Below, one piece after another: positions 1-10,015 of a stretch of DNA of 44,941 bases (position 1 is its first letter; every line of letters starts with the position of its first letter). The translations under genes were made by a program, and so were the position numbers. The DNA comes from Hydrurus foetidus (lineage: Eukaryota), in assembly GCA_900617105.1 (NCBI GenBank), contig UYFQ01000032.1:806001-850941 (forward strand), in the 5' to 3' direction. The notes under the pieces were generated by a model. It did no database searches. It was not told the DNA's origin and worked only from the letters and a program-made list of their open reading frames with translations.

Positions 1-819
1 GCCCCTGAAGTCGCCAAATCCGCCGTGGTGGAAAACAAAACCGGCGCAGGTGGGCAAATCGCTGTGACCTACGTCAAAAGCCAGCCCGCCGATGGCAGCA
101 CGCTGCTGCAAACGCCCACCTCCATCCTCACCATCTACCCGCACATCTTCAAAAAGCTGCCGTATGACCCGATGGTGGACTTGACCGCGGTGTCCATCGC
201 CTGCGTGTTCGATTTCGGCCTCGCCGTCGGCCCCAGCGTACCGCTCAGCGTGAAGACCGTACCCGAGTTTTTAGCCTGGGCCAAAGCCAACCCCACGGGC
301 GCGAATTTCGGATCCCCCGCAGCAGGCTCCACGCCACACTTCATCGGTGCGCTGTTGGGCATGAGCGCAGGCGTTGACCTGAAGCACGCGGCCTACCGAG
401 GCACGCAACCCGCCATGTTGGACTTGCTCGGCGGCAACATTTCCGCTGTATCCGGCCCCATCGGCGACCTGACGCAGCACCTGCCCACCGGCAAAATCCG
501 TATCCTCGGTGTCTCAGGTGCCAAACGCAGCCGCTTCGCCCCCGATGTGCCCACCTACGCAGAGCAGGGCTTGAAAGAGATGACCCACAGCGAGTGGTTC
601 GCCATGTTCCTGCCCGCAAAAGCATCCCCAGAGCTGGTCACCAAAATGAACGCAGGGCTAAAAACGGCCCTGGCAAGCAAAGAAGTGATCGACGGCCTGG
701 CAGGCTTTGGCCTAGAAGCCATGTCATCCACCCCGGCGGAGCTGAGCGACCTGCTGCGCCGCGACACGGCGAAGTGGGCACCTATCGTGAAGCAGATTGG
801 GTTTACGGCGGAAAGTTGA
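1..819 (+). CDS. Bug/TTT-family (TctC-like) periplasmic substrate-binding protein, 5'-truncated by the window edge
   Basis: Frame open from base 1. VENKTGAGG, DGSTLL, YDP..DL, GS.PH and a C-terminal KW.PIVK.IGF are typical of Bug proteins. Confidence 0.9.
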   Translation, partial: APEVAKSAVVENKTGAGGQIAVTYVKSQPADGSTLLQTPTSILTIYPHIFKKLPYDPMVDLTAVSIACVFDFGLAVGPSVPLSVKTVPEFLAWAKANPTGANFGSPAAGSTPHFIGALLGMSAGVDLKHAAYRGTQPAMLDLLGGNISAVSGPIGDLTQHLPTGKIRILGVSGAKRSRFAPDVPTYAEQGLKEMTHSEWFAMFLPAKASPELVTKMNAGLKTALASKEVIDGLAGFGLEAMSSTPAELSDLLRRDTAKWAPIVKQIGFTAES

Positions 820-1117
820 TAAGCCGTTGCGCCGCTGGCTGCGCACCCGTATTCGCAGCCAGTTTTCGCAAAAATACCGGCGACACCGTCCAGGTGTTGC
901 CTGCTGGCACTACCACCGTGACCGTCTTGCGGTTGTATTTGGTAATCACCCCCGTCAGCACCGGGTGCCCCTCTGGCTGAAATGCCACCTGCTCGCCAAT
1001 ACTGAAATCCAGCATGTGGGCGTGCGCCCGCATTTGCTGCAAAAATTTGAGCCGAGCCACCACACGATGGTTGAGATCAATCAGCTGAGCTTCAGTGAGT
1101 TTGTCGATGTCGATCAT
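803..1117 (-). CDS. Small hypothetical protein (about 104 aa): N-terminal helix plus SH3/KOW-like beta region
   Basis: Fills the gap between two real genes and has protein-like composition (MIDIDKLTEAQLIDLNHRVVARLK...FSIGEQVAF...GVITKYNRKTVTV...WTVSP). Start placed at the ATG at 1117. The 3' end overlaps the Bug gene by 17 bp. Confidence 0.7.
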   Translation of the reverse strand: MIDIDKLTEAQLIDLNHRVVARLKFLQQMRAHAHMLDFSIGEQVAFQPEGHPVLTGVITKYNRKTVTVVVPAGNTWTVSPVFLRKLAANTGAQPAAQRLINFPP

Positions 1118-1159
1118 GGTATGCAAAGCATTAAATTATCAGTCCGTAGCCCCATCACC

Positions 1160-3022
1160 TCACTCCGCACTCTGCTGCAACGCCCACATCGCTGCGTACC
1201 GCCCGCCCAGCGCCAGCAGCGCCGCGTGGTTGCCGCGCTCGATGATCTTGCCCGCGTCCATCACCAAAATCTCATGCGCATCCACCACAGTCGAGAGTCG
1301 GTGCGCAATCACCAGCGTGGTTTTGTTTTGAGCGGCACTTTGCAGCTCAATCTGGATCGCCCGCTCGTTGGCACTGTCCAGCGCCGAGGTGGCTTCGTCA
1401 AAAATCAGAATAGGGGGGTTTTTGAGCAGCGTGCGGGCGATGGCGACGCGCTGTTTTTCACCGCCTGAAAGCTTCAAGCCCCGCTCGCCCACCATCGCGC
1501 CATAGCCTTGGGGGGTGCCACTGATGAAATCGTGGATGCGAGCGGCACGGGCTGCCTCTTCAACTTCAGCACGGGTGGCACCGGGGCGGCCATAGGCGAT
1601 GTTGTATTCAATGGTGTCATTGAACAGCACAGTGTCTTGCGGCACGATGCCAATCGCTTGGCGCACGCTGGCCTGGGTGACATGGCGGATGTCTTGCCCG
1701 GCAATTGAAATGGCACCGTACTGCACATCGTAAAAGCGGTACATCAGCCGCGCCAAGGTGGATTTCCCCGAGCCTGACGGCCCCACCACCGCGACGGTTT
1801 TTCCCGCCGGGATCACAAAGCTGATGTTGTAGAGGATGCGCCGCCCTGGCACCGTTGCGTGCCCCAAGTCGTAGGCGAAGCTGACGTTATCGAATTTCAC
1901 CTCAGGTTCACCATCAATTTTGATAGCTATTGCAGCAGGTGTGTCAGCCACTTCACGGTCTTTTTCCATCAAAACGAACATCTTGTCGAGGTCGGTCAGG
2001 CTTTGTTTAATCTCACGGTAAATCACGCCCAAAAAGTTCAACGGGATGTAGAGCTGGATCATGAAAGCGTTAACCATCACCAAATCGCCCAACGTCATAC
2101 GGCCATCTACCACGCCCTGGGTGGCACGCCAGAGCATGGCGACCAGACCGCAACCGATGATGAGTTGCTGGCCAGTGTTGAGCAGGCTCAGCGTGGTCTG
2201 GCTTTTGACGGCTGCGCGGTGGTAACGGTTTAAATTTTCATCATAGCGCTTGGCCTCAAAGTCTTCATTGTTGAAGTACTTGACGGTTTCGTAGTTCAAC
2301 AGCGAATCAATAGCGCGGCTGTTGGCACTGGAATCCAGCTCATTCATCGTTTTACGGAACTGGGTGCGCCACTCCGTCACCGTCACCGTAAAACTGATGT
2401 ACACCACCAACGCGATGAGCGTGATCCAAGCAAACCACACGTCAAATTTGACGGCCAGCAGCGTCAACACCAGGGCCACTTCAATCAGCGTGGGGATGAT
2501 GCTGTAAAGCGAATAGCTGATGAGCGAATGCACGCCGCGCGTGCCACGCTCAATGTCACGTGTCATGCCTCCCGTTTGGCGCTCCAGGTGAAAACGCAAG
2601 CTGAGCGCGTGCAAATGGCGGAAAACCTGCAACGAAATGCTGCGGGCTGTGCCCTCTGTGGCTTTGGCAAACACCAGTTCGCGCAACTCTGCAAACAGCG
2701 TGGTTGAAAGCCGCAGCAAACCATACGCCACCAACAAGCCAAACGGCACCACCAGCATGGCTTGGGTGCTGCCCGGCTTGAAGCTCATGGTGTCCACCAG
2801 CTGCTTGAGCAACAGCGGCACACCCACATTGGAAAGCTTGGCCCCCACCATGAAGCTCAAAGCGGCCATCACCCGCCATTTGTACTGCCACAGGTAGGGG
2901 AAGAGGCGCTGCAAGGTACCCCAGTCAGAGCGGGGAGGCGAGGCGGAAGGCGTGAGGTTTGCTGCGTGGACAGAGGAAGCCACAGCAACGGCAGGAGGGG
3001 CAGGTTCGCCAAGGTGGCGCAT
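1160..3022 (-). CDS. ABCB-family half-transporter, Atm1/HMT1-like (fused permease + ATPase)
   Basis: LSLRFHLERQTGG, DSLLNYETVKYF, QLYIPLNFLG; Walker A GPSGSGKS; signature LSGGEKQR; Walker B ILIFDEATSALD. Start taken at ATG 3022 (ORF extends to 3049). Confidence 0.92.
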   Translation of the reverse strand: MRHLGEPAPPAVAVASSVHAANLTPSASPPRSDWGTLQRLFPYLWQYKWRVMAALSFMVGAKLSNVGVPLLLKQLVDTMSFKPGSTQAMLVVPFGLLVAYGLLRLSTTLFAELRELVFAKATEGTARSISLQVFRHLHALSLRFHLERQTGGMTRDIERGTRGVHSLISYSLYSIIPTLIEVALVLTLLAVKFDVWFAWITLIALVVYISFTVTVTEWRTQFRKTMNELDSSANSRAIDSLLNYETVKYFNNEDFEAKRYDENLNRYHRAAVKSQTTLSLLNTGQQLIIGCGLVAMLWRATQGVVDGRMTLGDLVMVNAFMIQLYIPLNFLGVIYREIKQSLTDLDKMFVLMEKDREVADTPAAIAIKIDGEPEVKFDNVSFAYDLGHATVPGRRILYNISFVIPAGKTVAVVGPSGSGKSTLARLMYRFYDVQYGAISIAGQDIRHVTQASVRQAIGIVPQDTVLFNDTIEYNIAYGRPGATRAEVEEAARAARIHDFISGTPQGYGAMVGERGLKLSGGEKQRVAIARTLLKNPPILIFDEATSALDSANERAIQIELQSAAQNKTTLVIAHRLSTVVDAHEILVMDAGKIIERGNHAALLALGGRYAAMWALQQSAE

Positions 3023-3064
3023 GGAGGACAATCTTTTCAGTTTTAACAACCGTAGATTGTCGCC

Positions 3065-3481
3065 ATGTCCACCAATTCAAGCGCCCCTGTCGCCCTGCCC
3101 CTAGATAAAGAGCTGGTGATGAAGGTCATCCCCATGCCTGCTGACTGCAATGCCAATGGCGATATTTTTGGCGGTTGGGTGATGGCGCAGGTGGATTTGG
3201 CAGGCTCCGTCGTCCCCGCACGTTACGCGGGCGGACGCATGGCGACGGTGGCGGTGAACCAATTCATCTTCAAGCAGCCGGTGCGGGTGGGCGATATTTT
3301 GTCGTTCTTCGCGTCTGTCACGAAGATTGGCAACACCTCGGTCACGGTGCAGGTCGAGGTTTATGCAGAACGCTTTCGGGCGCAGGGCAAGTACATCAAG
3401 GTGACGGAGGCATCGCTCACCTACGTGGCGATTGACGAGACGGGCAAGCCACGGCCCTTGCCCAAAGCCGACGCAACGTAA
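3065..3481 (+). CDS. yciA: Acyl-CoA thioesterase (hot-dog fold, YciA-like)
   Basis: MPADCNANGDIFGGWVMAQVDLAG motif; FKQPVRVGD; GNTSVTV; TYVAID...PRP. Confidence 0.88.
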   Translation: MSTNSSAPVALPLDKELVMKVIPMPADCNANGDIFGGWVMAQVDLAGSVVPARYAGGRMATVAVNQFIFKQPVRVGDILSFFASVTKIGNTSVTVQVEVYAERFRAQGKYIKVTEASLTYVAIDETGKPRPLPKADAT

Positions 3482-4375
3482 TCAAAACACCCCATGCCGC
3501 CCGGTGCCCGCGGCAAACCGGGTAGCACCTTGCAAGCCCTCACCGATGCAATGCTTGCCACGCGCCCATTCCTGGTGCAGCGCTTGGGACAGCGGCAAAT
3601 CCCATTGGGTATAGGCGCTAAGGCGATCAGCCAGCATGGTTTTCTGGGGAAATTTGCACAGGGATTGCGCTAATGCAAGGGCTGCTTCGCAGGCTGTGCC
3701 GGTAGGCACCACGCGGTTGCACAGGCCTATCTGCAACGCCTCAGCCGCATCCACCTTGCGGCCTGTCAACATCAAATCCATTGCACGACCCATGCCTACC
3801 AATCGGGGCAGGCGCACAGTGCCACCATCAATCAAAGGCACACCAAAGCGACGGCAGAAGACACCGAAATAGGCGTCGTCGTCCATCACGCGCAGGTCAC
3901 ACCATAAGGCCAACTCCATGCCACCGGCGACGGCTGCACCACTGATGGCCGCGATGACTGGCTTGGACAGCATCAGGCGCGATGGCCCCATAGGCCCCAG
4001 CGGGCCAGGAAGAGGCTCATGGCCTGTGAAATTTAAATTTGATAGCACATCGTGCCCACCAGTTGTGCTGTTGGCCAGCATTTCAGCCCCAAACTGCAAA
4101 TCCCAACCTGCGCAAAAGTGGCCATGCGCCCCGTGGAAGACCGCCACTTTGGCTTCCACATCGTGCTCAAAATCGACAAAAGCGTTGTAGAGCGCCAACG
4201 CGGTTTCAAAATCTACGGCGTTACACACATCGGGTCGCGAAAGTGTCACCACCGTCACACTGCCGTGTTGGGTTGTGGACACCGCAGGCGTGGTGGACGT
4301 GGCAGCTTCAGACGGGGCTGAAGACGAGGGAGAGACGGTATTTAGGAATGACATAGCCCCTATTAGCGTTCGCAT
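3482..4375 (-). CDS. Enoyl-CoA hydratase/isomerase (crotonase superfamily)
   Basis: FCAGWDL oxyanion motif; KPVIAAISGAAVAGGMELALWCDLRV; GVPLIDGGTVRLPRLVG. Start uncertain (4375 or 4354). Confidence 0.9.
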   Translation of the reverse strand: MRTLIGAMSFLNTVSPSSSAPSEAATSTTPAVSTTQHGSVTVVTLSRPDVCNAVDFETALALYNAFVDFEHDVEAKVAVFHGAHGHFCAGWDLQFGAEMLANSTTGGHDVLSNLNFTGHEPLPGPLGPMGPSRLMLSKPVIAAISGAAVAGGMELALWCDLRVMDDDAYFGVFCRRFGVPLIDGGTVRLPRLVGMGRAMDLMLTGRKVDAAEALQIGLCNRVVPTGTACEAALALAQSLCKFPQKTMLADRLSAYTQWDLPLSQALHQEWARGKHCIGEGLQGATRFAAGTGRHGVF

Positions 4376-4481
4376 AGGAATACCCTTGTATTCGGAACAA
4401 CCCTGAGCACAGATTGCGTATGTAACGCTAAAAATGCCGTAGCGCTGCCAATTTCGGCAAACGCATCCCTGCGGAGAATCT

Positions 4482-5366
4482 GTGCAGTTTCTACAACTGG
4501 TTATCAGCGGTGTCGCTCAAGGCTGTATTTACGGCCTGATCGCACTCGGCTTTGTGTTGATCTACAAAGCTACCGAAACCGTGAGCTTTGTGCAGGGCGA
4601 CCTGATGATGCTGGGTGCGTTTTGCGGGTTGGCAGGCATGACGTTCATCGGCTTTCCATTCTGGCTGGCCGTCATTTGTGCCATCGCCGCCATGGGTATC
4701 TTTGGCATGCTGCTGGAGCGCATTGTGATTCGCCCCATCCTGGGGCAACCTGCATTTTCCATCGTGATGCTGACGATTGGCATTGGCTACGTGGCGCGTG
4801 GCCTCATCACCATGATTCCGGGCATCGGCACAGAAACCCACAGTTTGCCTGTGCCCTACAAGGACATGGTTTTTCGCTTGGGCGGTGAGGCGGACTTGAT
4901 TTTGAATGCTGAGCAACTCACCATCATCGGCAGCACGGCGCTGCTTTGTGGGCTGCTGTTCGCGCTGTTTCGCTACAGCAAGCTGGGCATTGCGATGCAG
5001 GCAAGCTCGCAAAACCAGCTCGCCGCGTACTACATGGGCATCCCCGTTAAAAAGATCAACGGGCTGGTTTGGGGCTTGGCCGCAGCAGTAGCCGCCATCG
5101 CAGGCATCTTGCTCGCGCCCATCACCTTCGTCCACGCCAACATGGGCCTGATTGGGCTGAAAGCTTTTCCCGCAGCGGTGGTGGGCGGCTTTGGCAGCTT
5201 GCCAGGGGCCATTGTGGGTGGGCTGGTGATTGGCGTGGTGGAGTCGCTCTCCGGCTTCTATTTGCCCGATGGCGTGAAAGACATTGCGGCCTATGTCGTG
5301 GTGCTGGTGATGTTGATGGTGAAGCCCAACGGATTGTTTGGCGAAAAACTCCGCAAGAAAGTCTAG
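4482..5366 (+). CDS. livH: Branched-chain-amino-acid-type ABC permease (LivH-like)
   Basis: GCIYGLIALGFVLIYKAT; KAFPAAVVGGFGSLPGAIVGG; KPNGLFG; multiple TM segments. GTG start after GGAGA. Confidence 0.9.
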   Translation: MQFLQLVISGVAQGCIYGLIALGFVLIYKATETVSFVQGDLMMLGAFCGLAGMTFIGFPFWLAVICAIAAMGIFGMLLERIVIRPILGQPAFSIVMLTIGIGYVARGLITMIPGIGTETHSLPVPYKDMVFRLGGEADLILNAEQLTIIGSTALLCGLLFALFRYSKLGIAMQASSQNQLAAYYMGIPVKKINGLVWGLAAAVAAIAGILLAPITFVHANMGLIGLKAFPAAVVGGFGSLPGAIVGGLVIGVVESLSGFYLPDGVKDIAAYVVVLVMLMVKPNGLFGEKLRKKV

Positions 5367-5370
5367 CCCG

Positions 5371-6447
5371 ATGCGTTTCCTCTTCAAAACCGATTACGGC
5401 CAAGACATCACGCTGGCCAAGCACTCAGGTCATGTGTTCTGGTACAGCGCACTGGGCGTGCTGCTGCTGGCCGCCCCCTGGCTGTTCCCCGAATACTGGC
5501 TGGCGCAGCTCACCTTTGTGCTGATTTACGCCATCGTCGCGCTGGGCTTGATGCTGCTGGCGGGTTTCACCGGGCAGTTCTCCATTGGTCACGCGGCGTT
5601 TTTGGGGGTTGGCGCGTACACGCAGGCGGTGTTGACCAACATGGGCTGGCCCTTCCCCATCGCCTTGGTGTGTGCAGCCCTGCTGTCTGCGCTGTGCGGC
5701 GTGATTGTGGGGTTGCCAGCATTGCGGGTGAAAGGCATTTACCTCGGTATCGCCACCTTGTCTTTCGGTTTTATCGTCGAGGAAGCCTTTGCCCGCTGGG
5801 AAACCGTCACCGGCGGCAATGCGGGCATCCACATCAAAGCACCTGACATGTTTGGCTGGAAACTGTCTTCTGGCAACGAGTTTTACTTTCTTTGCCTCGC
5901 TATCACCGTGGTGTGTACGCTGGGCATTTTGAACGTGTTGCGCAGCCCCACAGGGCGGGCCTTTGTCGCCATCCGCGACTCTGAGATTTCGGCACAAAGC
6001 ATGGGCATCCATTTGGCACGCTACAAAACGCTGTCGTTTGCGCTGTCTGCGGCCCTGGCGGGCATTGGCGGGGCGCTGTATGCGCACAAACTGCAATTCA
6101 TCTCGCCTGACCAGTTCAACATCGTGCAGTCGATTGACCTGCTGCTGATGGTGGTGATTGGGGGTCTCGGCTCGGTACATGGTGCGTTTTTAGGGGCGAT
6201 CTTTTTGATCTCCATGCCGCAGCTGATTGCCATGACCAAGGACTACCTGCCTGAAGCCATTGGCCAAGCCCCTGGCTTGCAAGGCGTGGTGTACGGCGTG
6301 GTGCTGGTGGCCTTTGTGCTGTTTGAGCCGCAAGGCTTGTATGGGCGGTGGTTGAAGGTACGCACGTACTTCCAACTGTTCCCGTTCTACCGCAAGGGCA
6401 TGTTCAAGCGGCAAAAGTCGTTCCAAAAATCTGATCGGCTCCGTTAA
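5371..6447 (+). CDS. livM: Branched-chain-amino-acid-type ABC permease (LivM-like)
   Basis: GFTGQFSIGHAAFLGVGAY; LRVKGIYLGIATL; GRAFVAIRDSE; VVIGGLGS. ATG 4 nt after the livH stop. Confidence 0.9.
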   Translation: MRFLFKTDYGQDITLAKHSGHVFWYSALGVLLLAAPWLFPEYWLAQLTFVLIYAIVALGLMLLAGFTGQFSIGHAAFLGVGAYTQAVLTNMGWPFPIALVCAALLSALCGVIVGLPALRVKGIYLGIATLSFGFIVEEAFARWETVTGGNAGIHIKAPDMFGWKLSSGNEFYFLCLAITVVCTLGILNVLRSPTGRAFVAIRDSEISAQSMGIHLARYKTLSFALSAALAGIGGALYAHKLQFISPDQFNIVQSIDLLLMVVIGGLGSVHGAFLGAIFLISMPQLIAMTKDYLPEAIGQAPGLQGVVYGVVLVAFVLFEPQGLYGRWLKVRTYFQLFPFYRKGMFKRQKSFQKSDRLR

Positions 6448-6450
6448 GCC

Positions 6451-7254
6451 ATGACCACCGACATCCTCCTCTCAGCCCAAGATTTAAGCGTGCGCTTCGG
6501 CGGCGTGCTGGCCGTCAATAAAGTGAGTTTTGACGTGAAGCGCGGTGAAGTGTTCACGTTGATTGGCCCCAACGGCGCGGGTAAAACCACGGTGTTCAAC
6601 CTCATCAGCCGTATCTACACGCCCACCACGGGCAACATCACGTTTGAAGGGCAAAACCTCAACGCCCTGCCCCCGCACAGCATCGCCAAATTGGGCATTG
6701 CACGCACCTTCCAAAACATCGAACTGTTTGAGCACGCCTCGGTGCTGCACAACCTGCTGATTGGCCGCCACACGCACCACCACGCCAGCCTGTGGGACGA
6801 GATTTTCTTCACGCAAAAAGTACGTGCTGCTGAAGTGCAAGCCCGCGAAAAAGCCGAAGAAATCATCGACTTCTTGGACTTGCAACACCACCGCGACAGC
6901 ATGGTCGCGGGCCTGCCCTACGGCGTACGCAAAGTGGTGGAACTGGCCCGAGCCCTGTGTACCGAACCCAAACTGCTGCTGCTGGACGAACCCTCGTCTG
7001 GCCTGAATGTGGAAGAGACCGACGACATGGCGTTTTGGATTCAAGACATTCAGCACGAGCTGGGCATCACCGTGCTGATGGTGGAGCACGACATGACGCT
7101 GGTCTCAAAGGTCAGCGACCGCGTGCTGGCGATGAACCAAGGCGAAGTGCTGGCCTGCGGGCTGCCGCGCGAGGTTCAAACGCACCCTGGTGTGATTGAG
7201 GCCTACCTCGGCACTATTGACGATGTGAGCAACCTGCGCCGGGAGCCAGCATGA
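6451..7254 (+). CDS. livG: ABC ATP-binding protein (LivG-like)
   Basis: IGPNGAGKTT; GIARTFQN; LPYG; LLLDEP; VEHDM; VIEAYLG. Confidence 0.92.
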   Translation: MTTDILLSAQDLSVRFGGVLAVNKVSFDVKRGEVFTLIGPNGAGKTTVFNLISRIYTPTTGNITFEGQNLNALPPHSIAKLGIARTFQNIELFEHASVLHNLLIGRHTHHHASLWDEIFFTQKVRAAEVQAREKAEEIIDFLDLQHHRDSMVAGLPYGVRKVVELARALCTEPKLLLLDEPSSGLNVEETDDMAFWIQDIQHELGITVLMVEHDMTLVSKVSDRVLAMNQGEVLACGLPREVQTHPGVIEAYLGTIDDVSNLRREPA

Positions 7255-8048
7255 GCGACAGCCCTCCACCCGTGAGCGATCAACCCGTCTTGAAACTCTC
7301 GAACGTCGAGAGCGCCTACGGCCCTATCAAAGCCATCCGTGGTGTCAGCCTGCAAGTACGGCGCGGCGAAATTGCCACGGTGCTGGGCTCGAATGGTGCC
7401 GGCAAAACCACCATCCTGAAGACCATCTCCGGCATCATCGACCCGCGCAAAGGCAGCATCGAATTCAAGGGCAACGACATCACCGCCCGTGACCCCGCCT
7501 TCATCGTGCAGCAAGGCCTGAGCCATGTGCCCGAGGGCCGTGAAGTGTTTCCGCTGCTCAGCGTACGCGACAACCTGGTGATGGGCGCCTACACCCGCCA
7601 AGACCGCGACGGTGTGGCTCAAGACATGGAAGCCGTGTTCAGCTACTTCCCCATCCTGCGCGAGCGTGCCACGCAAGACGCAGGCTTGCTGTCCGGCGGG
7701 CAGCAGCAGATGCTGGCTATTTCTCGCGCCATCATGGCCGCACCCGATTTGATTTTGCTGGACGAACCCAGCCTGGGCTTATCACCCAAACTCACCAAAG
7801 AAATCTTTGAAATCGTGGTGCGCATCAACCGCGAACGGGGCACCACCATCCTGCTAGTCGAGCAAAACGCAAACATGGCGTTGAATGCGGCGGACTACGG
7901 CTACGTGCTGGAAAACGGCCGCATCGTGATGGAAGACACCTGTGCCAAACTGCGTGAGAAAGACGACATCAAAGAGTTTTACCTCGGCATGAAAGAAGAA
8001 GGCGTGCGGGGCGAGCGGCGCTGGAAGAAAAAGAAAAACTGGAGGTGA
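7251..8048 (+). CDS. livF: ABC ATP-binding protein (LivF-like)
   Basis: GSNGAGKTT; VPEGREVF; LSGGQQQML; LLDEPSLGLSP; LLVEQNA. ATGA overlap with the livG stop. Confidence 0.92.
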   Translation: MSDSPPPVSDQPVLKLSNVESAYGPIKAIRGVSLQVRRGEIATVLGSNGAGKTTILKTISGIIDPRKGSIEFKGNDITARDPAFIVQQGLSHVPEGREVFPLLSVRDNLVMGAYTRQDRDGVAQDMEAVFSYFPILRERATQDAGLLSGGQQQMLAISRAIMAAPDLILLDEPSLGLSPKLTKEIFEIVVRINRERGTTILLVEQNANMALNAADYGYVLENGRIVMEDTCAKLREKDDIKEFYLGMKEEGVRGERRWKKKKNWR

Positions 8049-8079
8049 TATGGCAAATACAACTGACACACAAACCTTG

Positions 8080-8158
8080 AGCGCCGCCGGGCCGCCCCAA
8101 GGAGCGAAGGCCCCCTTGGGGGGCAGCGTAGTACACGAAGTGACAAGCGTGGGGGCAT
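8080..8158. repeat. GC-rich intergenic palindromic (REP/MITE-like) element; read from ATG 8050 it forms a 38-codon ORF (8050-8166)
   Basis: Inverted repeat CCCCAAGG (8095-8102) / CCTTGGGG (8114-8121), plus an alternative pairing GCCCCC (8110-8115) / GGGGGC (8151-8156). It resembles an intergenic repeat I recall from Comamonadaceae (unverified). Single copy in this window. Confidence 0.55.
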
Positions 8159-10015
8159 ATGTCTAATCTTTGGGATCTCTCCAATATCCAACCCCAGCGA
8201 GAAAGCGTGCTGGACGGTGACACCATTCCCGCCATGTTCTGGAACGGCGTTCAACAGCGCGGCCCCACCACTTGGATGCGGCAAAAGCAACTCGGCATTT
8301 GGCGCAGCTGGACGTGGGACGAAACCGCCACCGGTGTGCGCGAGATTGCAGGCGGCTTGCTCAGCCTGGGTTTCAAACCCGGCGACTGCGCTTCCATCCT
8401 CGCCAACACCGTCATCGAATGGGTGTTGACCGATTTGGCAGTGCTGAGTGCAGGCGGTGTTGCCAACGGCATCTACCCCACCGATGCGGCCAGCCAAGTC
8501 AATTACCTTTGCGAAGACTCGCGCACCACCATGCTGTTTGTCGAAGACGACGAACAGCTCGACAAAGCCTTGGAAGTTCGCGCATCCTTGCCGCTGCTGC
8601 AAAAAATCATCGTCTTTGACATGGAAGGTCTGCGCGATGTAGCCGACGCCGGCATCATCAGCTTGGCGCAACTTCGCACCTTGGGCCGCAATTACAACGC
8701 CCAACATCCCGATGCAGTGATGCAACGCTCGAACGCTTGCCGTGCCCAGGATTTGGCGATTTTGGTCTACACCTCGGGCACCACTGGTAAACCCAAAGGC
8801 GCGATGCACAGCCATGGTGGCCTCACCACCACGGTGCGCGGCTACAACCTGCTGGTGGCGCAAGACTCGAACGACGAGCGCATGTGCTTTTTGCCGCTGT
8901 GCCACATTGCCGAACGCATGGGCGGCGAGTATTTCGCGATGTACGCAGGTTCCATCCTCAACTTCGTCGAAAACCCCGAAACCGTGCCAGAGAACGTGCG
9001 TGAGATTTCCCCCACCGTTTTCACTGCCGTGCCCCGTGTGTGGGAAAAGTTTTACTCGGGCGTGATGATCTCACTCAAAGAAGCGGGAAAAATACAGCAA
9101 GCCGCCTACGGTTGGAGCATTGGCGTGGGCACCGAGATTGCCGACAAGGTGCTCGCTGGGGAGCCGGTAGACGGTTTCCTCAAGCTCAAATTCGGCATCG
9201 CCCGCTGGCTATCGCTGAACAACGTGCGGCGCTTGATCGGCATCCACCGTGCCCGTTTTTTAGTGACAGGTGCTGCCCCTATTTCGCCAGAACTGGTGAA
9301 GTGGTACTTGGCCTTGGGCGTGCCCATGCTGGAAGTTTGGGGCATGACCGAAACCTGCGGTGCCTCCACCGGAGTCCCCGCCACACGCATGAAGCCCGGC
9401 TCAATTGGCCCGGCAGCCGAATACAACGAGGTCAAAATTGACCCGGTGACGGGAGAAATCCTGGTGCGCGGCCCCAATGTGTTCATGGGCTACCTGAATT
9501 TGCCTGAGAAAACAGCAGAAACCATCGACAAAGACGGCTGGTTGCATACAGGCGATGTGGGCGTGATGGACGCGGACGGCTACTTCAAAATCACCGACCG
9601 CATGAAAGACATCATCATCACCGCCGGGGGCAAAAACGTCACCCCCAGCGAGCTGGAAAATGAACTGAAATTTTCACCCTACGTGACCGATGCGGTGGTG
9701 GTAGGCGACAAGCGACCTTACCTAACCGTCATCATCATGATTGACCAAGAGAACGTCGAAAAATTTGCGCAAGACCACGATGTACCGTTCAGCAACTACG
9801 CCTCGCTCACCCGCAGCCCCGAGGTGCAGCAGCTGATTCAGGACGTGATGGAAGGCGTGAACAAAAAATTCGCCCGCGTCGAACAAATCAAAAAATTCTA
9901 TTTACTGGAAACCCAACTCGGGGCGGAGGACGAGGAATTGACCCCCACGATGAAACTCAAACGCAAACTGGTGCAAACCAAGTACGCCGAGCAAATCGAC
10001 GCGATGTACCGTTAA
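8159..10015 (+). CDS. Long-chain fatty-acid--CoA ligase (AMP-dependent synthetase)
   Basis: YTSGTTGKPKG; FLPLCHIAER; AVPRVWEK; WGMTET; GWLHTGDVG; ITDRMKDIIITAGGKNV; ELTPTMKLKR. Confidence 0.93.
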   Translation: MSNLWDLSNIQPQRESVLDGDTIPAMFWNGVQQRGPTTWMRQKQLGIWRSWTWDETATGVREIAGGLLSLGFKPGDCASILANTVIEWVLTDLAVLSAGGVANGIYPTDAASQVNYLCEDSRTTMLFVEDDEQLDKALEVRASLPLLQKIIVFDMEGLRDVADAGIISLAQLRTLGRNYNAQHPDAVMQRSNACRAQDLAILVYTSGTTGKPKGAMHSHGGLTTTVRGYNLLVAQDSNDERMCFLPLCHIAERMGGEYFAMYAGSILNFVENPETVPENVREISPTVFTAVPRVWEKFYSGVMISLKEAGKIQQAAYGWSIGVGTEIADKVLAGEPVDGFLKLKFGIARWLSLNNVRRLIGIHRARFLVTGAAPISPELVKWYLALGVPMLEVWGMTETCGASTGVPATRMKPGSIGPAAEYNEVKIDPVTGEILVRGPNVFMGYLNLPEKTAETIDKDGWLHTGDVGVMDADGYFKITDRMKDIIITAGGKNVTPSELENELKFSPYVTDAVVVGDKRPYLTVIIMIDQENVEKFAQDHDVPFSNYASLTRSPEVQQLIQDVMEGVNKKFARVEQIKKFYLLETQLGAEDEELTPTMKLKRKLVQTKYAEQIDAMYR

